A stretch of 24,000 bases of DNA from Desulfurococcales archaeon (GTDB taxonomy: Archaea > Thermoproteota > Thermoprotei_A > Sulfolobales > NBVN01). Location: the NCBI GenBank assembly GCA_023255965.1, contig JAGDWE010000020.1, forward strand, positions 14,664 to 38,663, read 5' to 3'. Both the position numbers and the translations under genes were made by a program. Shown here one piece after another: positions 1-7,551 of this stretch. Below the pieces are notes generated by a model that worked only from the letters and a program-made list of their open reading frames with translations, was not told where the DNA came from and made no database searches. Every line of letters begins with the position of its first letter. The stretch's first letter is position 1.

Positions 1-446
1 TTAAGGATCAGGAGGACTTATTTGCTTTGGTTGACTCGCTAATTCTATGTAAGTATGGTACAATGTGGCCGCCTATGTATTATTTCGACTTCATAGCCAA
101 GATCTTGCCGCCGTTAACAGGTATTAAGGAATTCGGGGACGTGAAATACTTAAGACTTACTGCTGAGAGGATAGCCAACCTTAAGAGATGTTTTAATTTG
201 AGGGAAGGTGTTGGGAGGGAATCTGAGACGTTGCCCAGCCGATTCACTGATGAGCCTATGCCTACAGGCCCCTCCAAGGGACACACGTGTAATTTGGATC
301 CCATGCTAAGGGAGTACTATGAGTATAGAGGATGGGATTACGCTACCGGGCTCCCATATGAAGATACATTAATTCGATTAGGGCTTGATTACGTTGCAAT
401 AGAACTTAAGAAGAGATACAAATTGCCGAGGTCATTCGATGGTTAA
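1..446 (+). CDS. Aldehyde:ferredoxin oxidoreductase (AOR/FOR tungstopterin family), C-terminal fragment; the 5' end lies outside the window
   Basis: The frame is open from nt 3 (KDQEDLFALVDSLILCKYG...), so the TTG at 27 in the ORF track is not the true start. The C-terminal pattern LREYYEYRGWD..TGLP....L..LGL is typical of AOR-family enzymes. Confidence 0.8.
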   Translation, partial: KDQEDLFALVDSLILCKYGTMWPPMYYFDFIAKILPPLTGIKEFGDVKYLRLTAERIANLKRCFNLREGVGRESETLPSRFTDEPMPTGPSKGHTCNLDPMLREYYEYRGWDYATGLPYEDTLIRLGLDYVAIELKKRYKLPRSFDG

Positions 447-678
447 AGTTAGGTTCCATGGCGCATTAAAGGATGAGATCGGATTAGACCATGTTGATGT
501 TAATATCACTCAGCTGGCTGAAGCGCTTTCGAGGCTACCGGATAACATCAAGGCGGTGCTAGAAAAGTATGAGAAGTATCTAATAGTATTAGTTAATGGT
601 AGGAGGACTTACGATTTAAACATCTCATTGGGTAATGACTCTGTAGTAGATATAATGTTGCCTTTAGGAGGCGGTTAA
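439..678 (+). CDS. MoaD/ThiS-family small sulfur-carrier (ubiquitin-like beta-grasp) protein
   Basis: 79-aa ORF. Its ATG overlaps the AOR stop by 8 nt (ATGGTTAA). Size and pattern fit ThiS/MoaD, and it ends ...LPLGGG, giving the C-terminal Gly-Gly. A MoaD-like gene downstream of aor is a known arrangement in Thermococcales. Confidence 0.7.
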   Translation: MVKVRFHGALKDEIGLDHVDVNITQLAEALSRLPDNIKAVLEKYEKYLIVLVNGRRTYDLNISLGNDSVVDIMLPLGGG

Positions 679-813
679 GGCAGAACACTTAATACGTAGG
701 GACGTACGAATTAAGTGATGAATAATGTCGTTGCTTAGACCTTGACTTAACGCCAAAGACCTCGTTAGATTAGTGTGCTTTAGGATTGGATATATGGTAT
801 TGAGTGAAGCTAC

Positions 814-825
814 ATTATTTTAAAC
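814..825 (+). promoter_or_regulatory. TATA-like box (attattttaaac) upstream of the GalT-family gene
   Basis: AT-rich TTTTAAA core at 818-824, about 30-35 nt upstream of ATG 856. This fits an archaeal short-leader or leaderless promoter. Confidence 0.35.
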
Positions 826-855
826 AACTTGCTACGAGGTCATAATGTGGGTGAT

Positions 856-1863
856 ATGAGTTTGGAGGTTAGAGTCGATCCTATAATACCTTCAAGAGTC
901 ACTATAATATCCACTATCCGCAGATATAGGCCTAAGGAAGTTACATCAATTAAGCACGAGGTAAGCAATTACTCCGTTAAGTGTCCTTTTTGCCCTGGTA
1001 ATGAAGATCTAACACCACCTGCTTCATTGGCATTAAGGCTAGTTGATGGGAGGTTAGAATTATGTAGGGAGTCGGATGGCTATAGATGTAGTGACTGGAT
1101 TGTTAGGATATTCCCTAATAAGTATCCAGTATTCTCGCTTGACGCTGCCGGAGGCGGCTTTGGTTACCATGAAGTAGTTGTAGAGACTCCTAAGCATAGA
1201 ACTAGGCCGCACGACTTAACCCCTGAGGAATGGGGCCTAGCATTTGCTGCCGCATTTAAAAGAGTAGAGGAATTCCTAAGCGATTCGAGGATAAGGCATG
1301 CAGTGCTAATAAAGAATTATGGTGGCGGGGGTGGAGCCAGTTTAGAACACACTCATATGCAGATTATGGGTACCTCGATAATCCCGCCGCTTATATTAGA
1401 GGAGATTAGATATTCATCTATAAAGTACAGGAACTATGGCGAATGCCCATACTGCAGCATTATCTCCTCCGAAATCAACTCACCTAGGTATATTTACTCA
1501 AATGACGCGTTTGTAGTACTAGCAGCTTACGCCCCAAGACAGTCATACGAGGTTTGCATATATCCGCTAAAACACGAATCCATGCCGATGGCCGAATTTA
1601 CCTATTTGGTTAAGCTAGGTGATGCGCTTTCAAGGGTTTTAAGGGCTTACCTTGCTATCCTACCGGATATAGACTTTAATTTCTGGATTCATATGCGACC
1701 TAAGGACTGCTGTAGCGAGTTCTATCACTGGCACTTAGAATTAATGCCAGCAACCCCTATGTGGGGAGGACTTGAGAAGGGGTACGGATTACACGTTGTT
1801 ACCACCGCTCCTGAAGAAGCCGCGTATGATTTAAAGAAGTATATGGGAATTGGTTTTAGTTGA
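856..1863 (+). CDS. Galactose-1-phosphate uridylyltransferase family (HIT superfamily, GalT-type nucleotidyl transferase)
   Basis: Motifs seen are CPFCPGNE (Cys knuckle), FPNKYP and the active-site H-x-H-x-Q in LEHTHMQIMG, plus a second half-domain (YPLKHE...HWHLEL). The ORF track starts at TTG 829. I prefer ATG 856 (MSLEVRVD...) because of its position relative to the TATA-like box. Confidence 0.75.
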   Translation: MSLEVRVDPIIPSRVTIISTIRRYRPKEVTSIKHEVSNYSVKCPFCPGNEDLTPPASLALRLVDGRLELCRESDGYRCSDWIVRIFPNKYPVFSLDAAGGGFGYHEVVVETPKHRTRPHDLTPEEWGLAFAAAFKRVEEFLSDSRIRHAVLIKNYGGGGGASLEHTHMQIMGTSIIPPLILEEIRYSSIKYRNYGECPYCSIISSEINSPRYIYSNDAFVVLAAYAPRQSYEVCIYPLKHESMPMAEFTYLVKLGDALSRVLRAYLAILPDIDFNFWIHMRPKDCCSEFYHWHLELMPATPMWGGLEKGYGLHVVTTAPEEAAYDLKKYMGIGFS

Positions 1864-1867
1864 TTAT

Positions 1868-2710
1868 TTAGGGGAGACTATTGATTAGGTAATTACTTAG
1901 GATTTTAAGTAGGTTTACGATATTATCGCATCTCTGTATATTATCATTGCAGAGAACTTCAAGTACATAATTACCGTTGTATCCAAGCTGTTTTAAGGTG
2001 CTTAGGAATCCATCCCAGTCAATACCTCCTAGATATGGTGGTAGGTGGAGGTCCTTGGATCCATCATTATCATGTAGATGTATTAGTACTACATTGGGAT
2101 GTAATATCTTGTAGTACTCCTTAGGGCTTATTCCATTTATGTGTGCGTGACCCACATCTAGGCAGAGCCTTAGGTAATCATCACCTACGGAGTTAATGAT
2201 GTCAAGTAAATCGTATGGTAGGTATCCAAATATCCCCCTTTCGAATCTGTTCTCAACTGCTAGCACTAGGCTATACTCCCTCCCTAATTTAACTAGGGAT
2301 TTAAAGAATAGTATACATGAATCCCTAATCTTTTGAGGGAAAGTTATCGAGGTATCGGATGGTCCTGCCAACTGATAAGGGATATGTATTGCCGCTACCT
2401 TAATACCTACGTTGGAGTAGAACTCCACCCATCTACGTAGTTCCCTAATAACTTTATCCTGTTCACTTACAACTACAGCCTTATTAATTAACTCCCCGTA
2501 TGGAAGATGGCCGATTAATACCTTGGAACTGATGCTGGAGTGTATATTCATTACCTCATTAACTAATGTGGTAAAGTCTATGCCGGACTTTCTCAACGTT
2601 GAAAAATTATCATAGCTTAACTCAACGTAAGGTATGCCCAACCTACTAAGCCTTAATAACGCCTCTGCAGGTCTTAAGTTCGAGTATACCATCGTAGATA
2701 TAGCTATCAT
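1868..2710 (-). CDS. Sugar phosphate isomerase/epimerase (xylose isomerase-like TIM barrel, AP endonuclease 2 family)
   Basis: 280 aa. The pattern VELSYDNF..., ...LAVENRFE..., LCLDVGHAHI and VLIHLHDNDGSKDLHLPP fits the metal-binding E/D/H/E residues of the PF01261-type TIM barrel. The gene is convergent with the GalT-family gene, with a 4-nt gap. Confidence 0.7.
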   Translation of the reverse strand: MIAISTMVYSNLRPAEALLRLSRLGIPYVELSYDNFSTLRKSGIDFTTLVNEVMNIHSSISSKVLIGHLPYGELINKAVVVSEQDKVIRELRRWVEFYSNVGIKVAAIHIPYQLAGPSDTSITFPQKIRDSCILFFKSLVKLGREYSLVLAVENRFERGIFGYLPYDLLDIINSVGDDYLRLCLDVGHAHINGISPKEYYKILHPNVVLIHLHDNDGSKDLHLPPYLGGIDWDGFLSTLKQLGYNGNYVLEVLCNDNIQRCDNIVNLLKILSNYLINSLP

Positions 2711-2721
2711 CGCTTACCCCA

Positions 2722-3063
2722 TTAGAATATGATCTTCCCCCGGTCCTGGAGGACAGGGAGTTCCCAGCACCCCTTCGGGCCTACAGTCAGCCATGGCTTA
2801 GCTATTGTCAAAGCCCCTCTATAGCAGTTGGCAGCGATACTAAGCGGTAGGTTAAATGATCTTCTCAATTCATCATACCGTAGTTTACGTGCCTTAGGTA
2901 TCGAGTATGTATTGTCCTCAACCATCTCTCTTATGGAGTGATTTAAGGCATTCCTATATCTCATGAGGGGCTCTACGGCCCCCGGCTTAGGACTAACCAC
3001 CATAACAACTGAAGCAGCTAGCACCCCTTCATCGCCGGAGGCCATAGGGCATCCCCAAGCCAT
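2722..3063 (-). pseudogene. tnpB: Truncated N-terminal fragment (about 110 of about 400 aa) of an IS200/IS605-family TnpB (OrfB) transposon-associated nuclease
   Basis: The stretch ...VVMVVSPKPGAVEPLMRYRNALNHSIREMVEDNTYSIPKARKLRYDELRRSFNLPLSIAANCYRGALTIAKPWL... matches the N-terminal helical region of archaeal OrfB/TnpB proteins (...LY.ELR..F.LPS.IA..C.R.A....K.W). No RuvC or zinc-finger part follows. The ORF stops 11 nt before the start of the isomerase gene. Confidence 0.5.
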
Positions 3064-3165
3064 TAAGAAGCTGGAAGGACTTATAAGCCTTCATCCCCGC
3101 CCTAAAGGGCGAGGGCTCCCTTAGAGCAGGGAGGAGGTCAGGTACTCATCACGAACATGCCTAAA
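3064..3165 (-). mobile_element. GC-rich hairpin region upstream of the TnpB relic (putative left end of the IS relic)
   Basis: Two adjacent hairpins are seen on the + strand. The first is ccccgccc-taaa-gggcgaggg (3095-3115). The second is ctccct-tagagc-agggag (3116-3133). The region is GC-rich against an AT-rich background. IS200/IS605 ends carry subterminal imperfect hairpins. The motif tccccgccctRRagggc recurs at 11232-11248. Confidence 0.35.
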
Positions 3166-3249
3166 GGCCGCATTAAAAGACTGTAGAGTTTAAATTAAAA
3201 ACAACAGTAACATACTTATTCCCCGTAAATAAGTATTGACGGGAGTTAA

Positions 3250-4023
3250 ATGAGCGTACATAGGGAGGAGATATTAGGCGATTTCAAGCTCGTTGAATAC
3301 GTGCCATTTAAGCTTACTAGGCCCTCCTACGGGGTCGTAGCATTACCAGATGCAGGGTTAGTTGGCGTTATCGCTGCGTGGCATATAATTAAGGCTTTAG
3401 GTCTTAAGGAGGTTGGAGGCATTGACTCATACAGCTACTTACCCCCAGCAATAGTAGTAAGTAATAAGGAATTGAGGATGCCAGTGAGGATATTTGCTGG
3501 CGATGATATACTACTTATATATTGTGAGTTCACGTTACCCATCCATGGGATGGCACAATTATCTAGAATACTCCTTACATACTTTGAACGTAAGGGTGTT
3601 GAGTACTTACTTCTCATGTCTGGACTGCCGATTCAAAATAGATTCGAGGTAGAGAGGCTTAGATCCTATTATGTGGCTACCTCAAGTAGGGCCTCAGAGC
3701 TAGTTAAAGGCGTTGAGGTGCTTCCATTCGAAAATGGGTACTTGGTAGGCCCTTACGCGTTACTCATTAAGGATGCTATGAGCTTTAGATTAGATACATT
3801 AATGCTACTTACCGAGTCATTCCTTGAATTCCCAGATCCTGAGGCATCAGCGAGGAACCTAGAGCTACTATCTAAAGTCATTAATAAACCCATAGATGTT
3901 AAGGAACTACTTGAGCAGGCAGAACTCATAAGGATTAGGGCTAGGGACACAATGAAGGACGTAGTACGTAACTTGGCTCAGATGAAGAAGGGATTTGAGT
4001 ACTCACCCCCACTACAGCTATGA
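3250..4023 (+). CDS. PAC2-family (proteasome assembly chaperone-like, PbaA/PbaB-type) protein
   Basis: 257 aa. The N-terminal VVALPDAGLVGVIAAWHIIKAL resembles the G.PG.G.VG..A..hL motif of archaeal PAC2/COG1938 proteins, and the length fits. Confidence 0.6.
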   Translation: MSVHREEILGDFKLVEYVPFKLTRPSYGVVALPDAGLVGVIAAWHIIKALGLKEVGGIDSYSYLPPAIVVSNKELRMPVRIFAGDDILLIYCEFTLPIHGMAQLSRILLTYFERKGVEYLLLMSGLPIQNRFEVERLRSYYVATSSRASELVKGVEVLPFENGYLVGPYALLIKDAMSFRLDTLMLLTESFLEFPDPEASARNLELLSKVINKPIDVKELLEQAELIRIRARDTMKDVVRNLAQMKKGFEYSPPLQL

Positions 4024-4483
4024 GGGAATCGAAGTGAGTGAGGATTTAGATGAGTTCTTGAAGAGAATGAGGAGGGTTGAAAGGAGGATTAGAGAATATA
4101 TTGAAGAAGGAATAAGGAAGACCCTAGAAGACATCAGAGAGGAATACTACTCTATAAACACACTCTTAAATCCCTCATGGAGCTGCGAAGGACATTTAAG
4201 GCCATTATACACTATTAAGGATGTAGGGAATGCATACGTAATATACATAGACCTACCTAAAGCAGACTTAAACACCATAGATGTCAGATTTAAAGATAAT
4301 TTAATGATTATTAGGGCTAGACTTACTGAGGAATTCACAATAAGTAGGTGGAGCGGTAGGGGAGGTGAGGTTAGGTTCTGTGAGTATAGGGAGGTAATTA
4401 ATTTACCAATTAAGGTAGATCCAAATAAAGTTAAGGTGATTACTAAGGGGGATCGGATCCAAGTAATCATAAATAAGGAGTGA
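3995..4483 (+). CDS. Hsp20/alpha-crystallin family small heat-shock protein
   Basis: Alpha-crystallin domain: PLYTIKDVGNAYVIYIDLPKADLNTIDVRFKDNLMIIRARL ... EVINLPIKVDPNKVKVITKGDRIQVII. The start is ambiguous. ATG 3995 overlaps the upstream gene by 29 nt. The in-frame GTG at 4034 is preceded by GAGGG. Confidence 0.7.
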   Translation: MSTHPHYSYEGIEVSEDLDEFLKRMRRVERRIREYIEEGIRKTLEDIREEYYSINTLLNPSWSCEGHLRPLYTIKDVGNAYVIYIDLPKADLNTIDVRFKDNLMIIRARLTEEFTISRWSGRGGEVRFCEYREVINLPIKVDPNKVKVITKGDRIQVIINKE

Positions 4484-5683
4484 ATGTTGGATATCGATAA
4501 ATCCATTGTAAAGGTATTTAGAGGTAACCGCGAATTAAGCAAGGCGTTAGTAGGCAGTATTGAAAGATACTGTAAGTATTTAACTAACTCTATTGAGGTA
4601 CCCATAAAGATAATGAATTTCTGCGGAACCCACGAGTGGACCATAACTTATTACGGGTTAAGGACCTTACTACCCGAGGAAATTGAGATGGTCGCCGGCC
4701 CCGGATGCCCTGTATGCATTACCCCAGCAACCTACGTTGATGAATTAATTAAGCTAGCATTAGATGGAATTAGAGTGTATACATTCGGCGACGCATTTAA
4801 GTTAGTAAGTACTTCAGGGAAAACGCCTAGAAGTCTCGCTGAAGCACAGGCATTAGGTGGAAACGTTAAGGTCGTCTATAGCTTCTTAGAGGCCGTCAAG
4901 GATGCAAGGATGTATGGAAAAGACTCTGTATTCTTTGGAATAGGGTTTGAGACCACAGCCCCCTCCTACGCGTTGTTGATTAAATCTGGTGAGGTACCTA
5001 GAAACTTAAAGTTGCTTAGCGCATTAAGGCTTACGCCGCCAGTCATGAGGTACGTGATCAAGCTATATAAGGAAAGGGGGTTGCTCCCAATAAGGGGCGT
5101 GATTGCACCAGGCCATGTATCAACGATCATTGGCGGTATGGCTTGGGAATTCCTGCCTAGGGAATTCAGGATCCCAACCGTGGTAGCTGGCTTTGAACCC
5201 TTAGACGTCTTAGTTGCTACGGCTAAGATACTTAAAATGCTAGCTGTTGGGAGGCCTTCTGTTGAAGTTGAGTATAAGAGGTTAGTTAAATGGGAAGGTA
5301 ATCGAGTAGCTAAGGAAGTAATTAATGAGGTATTTGATGTCGTTAATGCTGCATGGAGAGGTATCGGATTCGTACCTAAGAGCGGCTTAGAGCTAAAGGA
5401 CGTCTTCAGCAAATACGATGCGGTAAAGGAATTTAAGTTAAAGGCTCCTCGTCCTGAGGACTATGTACTAACTACCGCATCACCTAATCCGTACGGCAGT
5501 GAATTACCACCCGGCTGTAAATGCGGTGAAGTTATATTAGGCATTGAGAAGCCGATTAAATGCCCATTATTCATGAAAGCTTGCACGCCTGACTCGCCCT
5601 TCGGCCCCTGCATGGTTTCATCGGAGGGTACGTGTAGAATATGGGCTTTATATGGCGGTATAGAATTAATTAAGGGTATCTAA
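4484..5683 (+). CDS. hypD: [NiFe]-hydrogenase maturation protein HypD
   Basis: Diagnostic motifs are FCGTHE, GPGCPVC, FFGIGFETTAP and PGHVS, plus the C-terminal Cys cluster (PPGCKCG...KCPLF...GPCMVSSEGTC). The ATG directly abuts the Hsp20 stop (TGAATG). Confidence 0.9.
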   Translation: MLDIDKSIVKVFRGNRELSKALVGSIERYCKYLTNSIEVPIKIMNFCGTHEWTITYYGLRTLLPEEIEMVAGPGCPVCITPATYVDELIKLALDGIRVYTFGDAFKLVSTSGKTPRSLAEAQALGGNVKVVYSFLEAVKDARMYGKDSVFFGIGFETTAPSYALLIKSGEVPRNLKLLSALRLTPPVMRYVIKLYKERGLLPIRGVIAPGHVSTIIGGMAWEFLPREFRIPTVVAGFEPLDVLVATAKILKMLAVGRPSVEVEYKRLVKWEGNRVAKEVINEVFDVVNAAWRGIGFVPKSGLELKDVFSKYDAVKEFKLKAPRPEDYVLTTASPNPYGSELPPGCKCGEVILGIEKPIKCPLFMKACTPDSPFGPCMVSSEGTCRIWALYGGIELIKGI

Positions 5684-5684
5684 G

Positions 5685-6494
5685 GTGTGCTGGGGAGTTC
5701 CAGGCAAGGTAATCGAAGTTGATGGGATGTATGCTAAGGTAAATGTCGGTGGCACCGTAGTTGACGCCATAATAAGCGTTGAAGATGTGGGCGTAGGTGA
5801 CTATGTAATGGTACATGCTGGTCTAATAGTAGGTAAGTTAAGTGAGGAGGAATTCCTTAATAACCTGGCACTACTAGCCGAACTACAGGTAAGTAACTAC
5901 ATTAACGAGGGATTAGACGAAGCATCTGCTAGGGAAAAAGCAATTAAGGAGTTTAATGACATGGTCAGCTCCTTGGGCATTAACTTAAGTAATTATCAAG
6001 GAGTTTTAAGTAGCTTCGTTAGTAACCAACTACCGGATTTAGGTAATGAGGGGGAGGTGAAAGCCCCTCCCAATTCCTATGTCTATAAATTGAGAACTAC
6101 GTTATCCGATACCGATTACCTGCAGGTGGTACATTATAGCAATTACCTTAAGTTCTGTGAGAGAGCTTGGTCTGAGTTACTTAGTAGCCTTGGATTCAGC
6201 TACAGCAGGTTGATACATGAATATGGCGTTTTCATACCTACCACCGAAATAAATGGCAGGATATTAAGGCCCTCTCGGCTCGATAACGACCTCGAAATCC
6301 GTATATGGATCGAATCACTAACTAATAAGTCAATTAAGTGGAAATGTATTGTAAGGAATGTAACAAGTGGTAATATAAGCGCAGAGCTAACTCATACAGC
6401 ATTATGCACAGATACAGCACTAACCCAGTCCCTAGAACTACCTAAGGAACTGGTAGAGAAGCTAATGAAGTACTTAGCACCAAGCCAACACTAA
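5685..6494 (+). CDS. hypC: HypC/HupF hydrogenase assembly chaperone fused to a C-terminal 4HBT/YbgC-type hotdog-fold acyl-CoA thioesterase domain
   Basis: The GTG start is followed by Cys (MCWGVPGKVIEV...DYVMVHAGL), which is the HypC signature, covering aa 1 to about 70. Residues from about 131 to 262 read YVYKLRTTLSDTDYLQVVHYSNYLKFCERAWSELLSSLGFSY...IPTTEINGRILRPSRLDNDLEIRIW, the YbgC/4HBT pattern with the catalytic Asp. It is one uninterrupted 269-codon frame. Confidence 0.8.
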   Translation: MCWGVPGKVIEVDGMYAKVNVGGTVVDAIISVEDVGVGDYVMVHAGLIVGKLSEEEFLNNLALLAELQVSNYINEGLDEASAREKAIKEFNDMVSSLGINLSNYQGVLSSFVSNQLPDLGNEGEVKAPPNSYVYKLRTTLSDTDYLQVVHYSNYLKFCERAWSELLSSLGFSYSRLIHEYGVFIPTTEINGRILRPSRLDNDLEIRIWIESLTNKSIKWKCIVRNVTSGNISAELTHTALCTDTALTQSLELPKELVEKLMKYLAPSQH

Positions 6495-6538
6495 CACATT
6501 AATACTTCGATTTGAAAGTATTTAATGGTAACTTAAGT

Positions 6539-7540
6539 ATGAAATCGAATATAGCTATAGTTAATAGTAAGTCTTTTGGCCTATATTCGAACGCTCTTGA
6601 AACACTTAAGGAACTAGGAACCATTGAACGCATAGAGGTCCCTAGGGATCTAAGGGGCTCTAAACTAGCTGAAGCGCTTAGGGACTACGATGTGATAATA
6701 GCTAGCGTGACACCATACTACGACGAGGATTTCTTTAGATACAATTCGAGGGTTAGGATGATTGCTAGACATGGTATTGGTATTGATAATGTTGATGTCG
6801 ATGCTGCCACCAGATTTGGGGTTGTTGTTACTAGGGTTCCTGGCCACGTTGAGCGCGAGGCTGTTGCTGAGCACGCAGTCGCCTTAATCCTAGCAGCCTT
6901 AAGGAACCTAATTAACGCCCACTTAAAGGTCGTTGAGGGTAGGTGGGGCGAGAGAGGTAAGTTCGTGTGCCACGAATTAAGGAGCCTAAAAGTAGGCCTA
7001 ATAGGTATAGGGAACATAGGTTCTAGGGTGGCTGAAATACTCACCAAGGGATTCAACGCTAAGGTGATTGCCTACGATCCCTACGTGAGCGCTGAGAGGG
7101 CTAGGGAGCTGGGCGTTGAGCTGGTCGATCTAGATACGTTGATCAGCGAGTCGGACATAATATCCATCCACGCGCCACTAACTAAGGAGACCTACCACCT
7201 GATCAACGAGGATAGGCTGAGGAGGATGAAGAGGTCGGCGATAATAGTGAACACCGCCAGGGGAGGTCTGATAGACACCGATGCGCTAGTTAAGGCCTTG
7301 AGGGACGGCTGGATAGCCGGCGCAGCGCTAGACGTAACCGACCCCGAACCCCTACCACCCGACCATCCCTTATACAAGTTACCTAACGTCATAATCACAC
7401 CACATATAGCTGCATTCACTTATGAGGGGCTTAAAGGCATGGACGAAGCCGTAGTCAAGGCAATTAAGGACTTCCTAACTGGTAATATACCTGATGGGAT
7501 AGTTAATAGGGAAGTATATGAAAGAGGATTAAGGCGTTGA
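6539..7540 (+). CDS. D-isomer-specific 2-hydroxyacid dehydrogenase (glyoxylate/hydroxypyruvate reductase or phosphoglycerate dehydrogenase-like)
   Basis: NAD-binding GLIGIGNIGSRVA, then IVNTARGGLID, AALDVTDPEP and the catalytic ITPHIAA. The ORF track starts at TTG 6512. I prefer ATG 6539 (MKSNIAIVN...). Confidence 0.9.
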   Translation: MKSNIAIVNSKSFGLYSNALETLKELGTIERIEVPRDLRGSKLAEALRDYDVIIASVTPYYDEDFFRYNSRVRMIARHGIGIDNVDVDAATRFGVVVTRVPGHVEREAVAEHAVALILAALRNLINAHLKVVEGRWGERGKFVCHELRSLKVGLIGIGNIGSRVAEILTKGFNAKVIAYDPYVSAERARELGVELVDLDTLISESDIISIHAPLTKETYHLINEDRLRRMKRSAIIVNTARGGLIDTDALVKALRDGWIAGAALDVTDPEPLPPDHPLYKLPNVIITPHIAAFTYEGLKGMDEAVVKAIKDFLTGNIPDGIVNREVYERGLRR

Positions 7541-7551
7541 CCTCAAGAACT

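Noticed and set aside
80-304. 74-aa - strand ORF at the left edge.
   Set aside because: It is antisense to the clearly homologous AOR C-terminal coding region.
715-764. Box C/D-like layout on the + strand: a canonical C box GTGATGA (715-721), then 12 nt, ctta, 4 nt, ttgactt, 12 nt, ctcg.
   Set aside because: The spacing mimics a dual-guide sRNA. However, D', C' and especially the terminal D box are not CTGA/TGATGA-like (ctcg in place of CTGA). No CTGA occurs downstream, so a C/D kink-turn cannot form.
3135-3160. On the - strand, GTGATGA is followed after 4 nt by CTGA (plus strand tcaggtactcatcac), a C-box/D-box-like pair.
   Set aside because: There is no room for guide sequences and no second box pair. 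It lies within the IS-relic end region and is most likely coincidental, or part of that element's structure.
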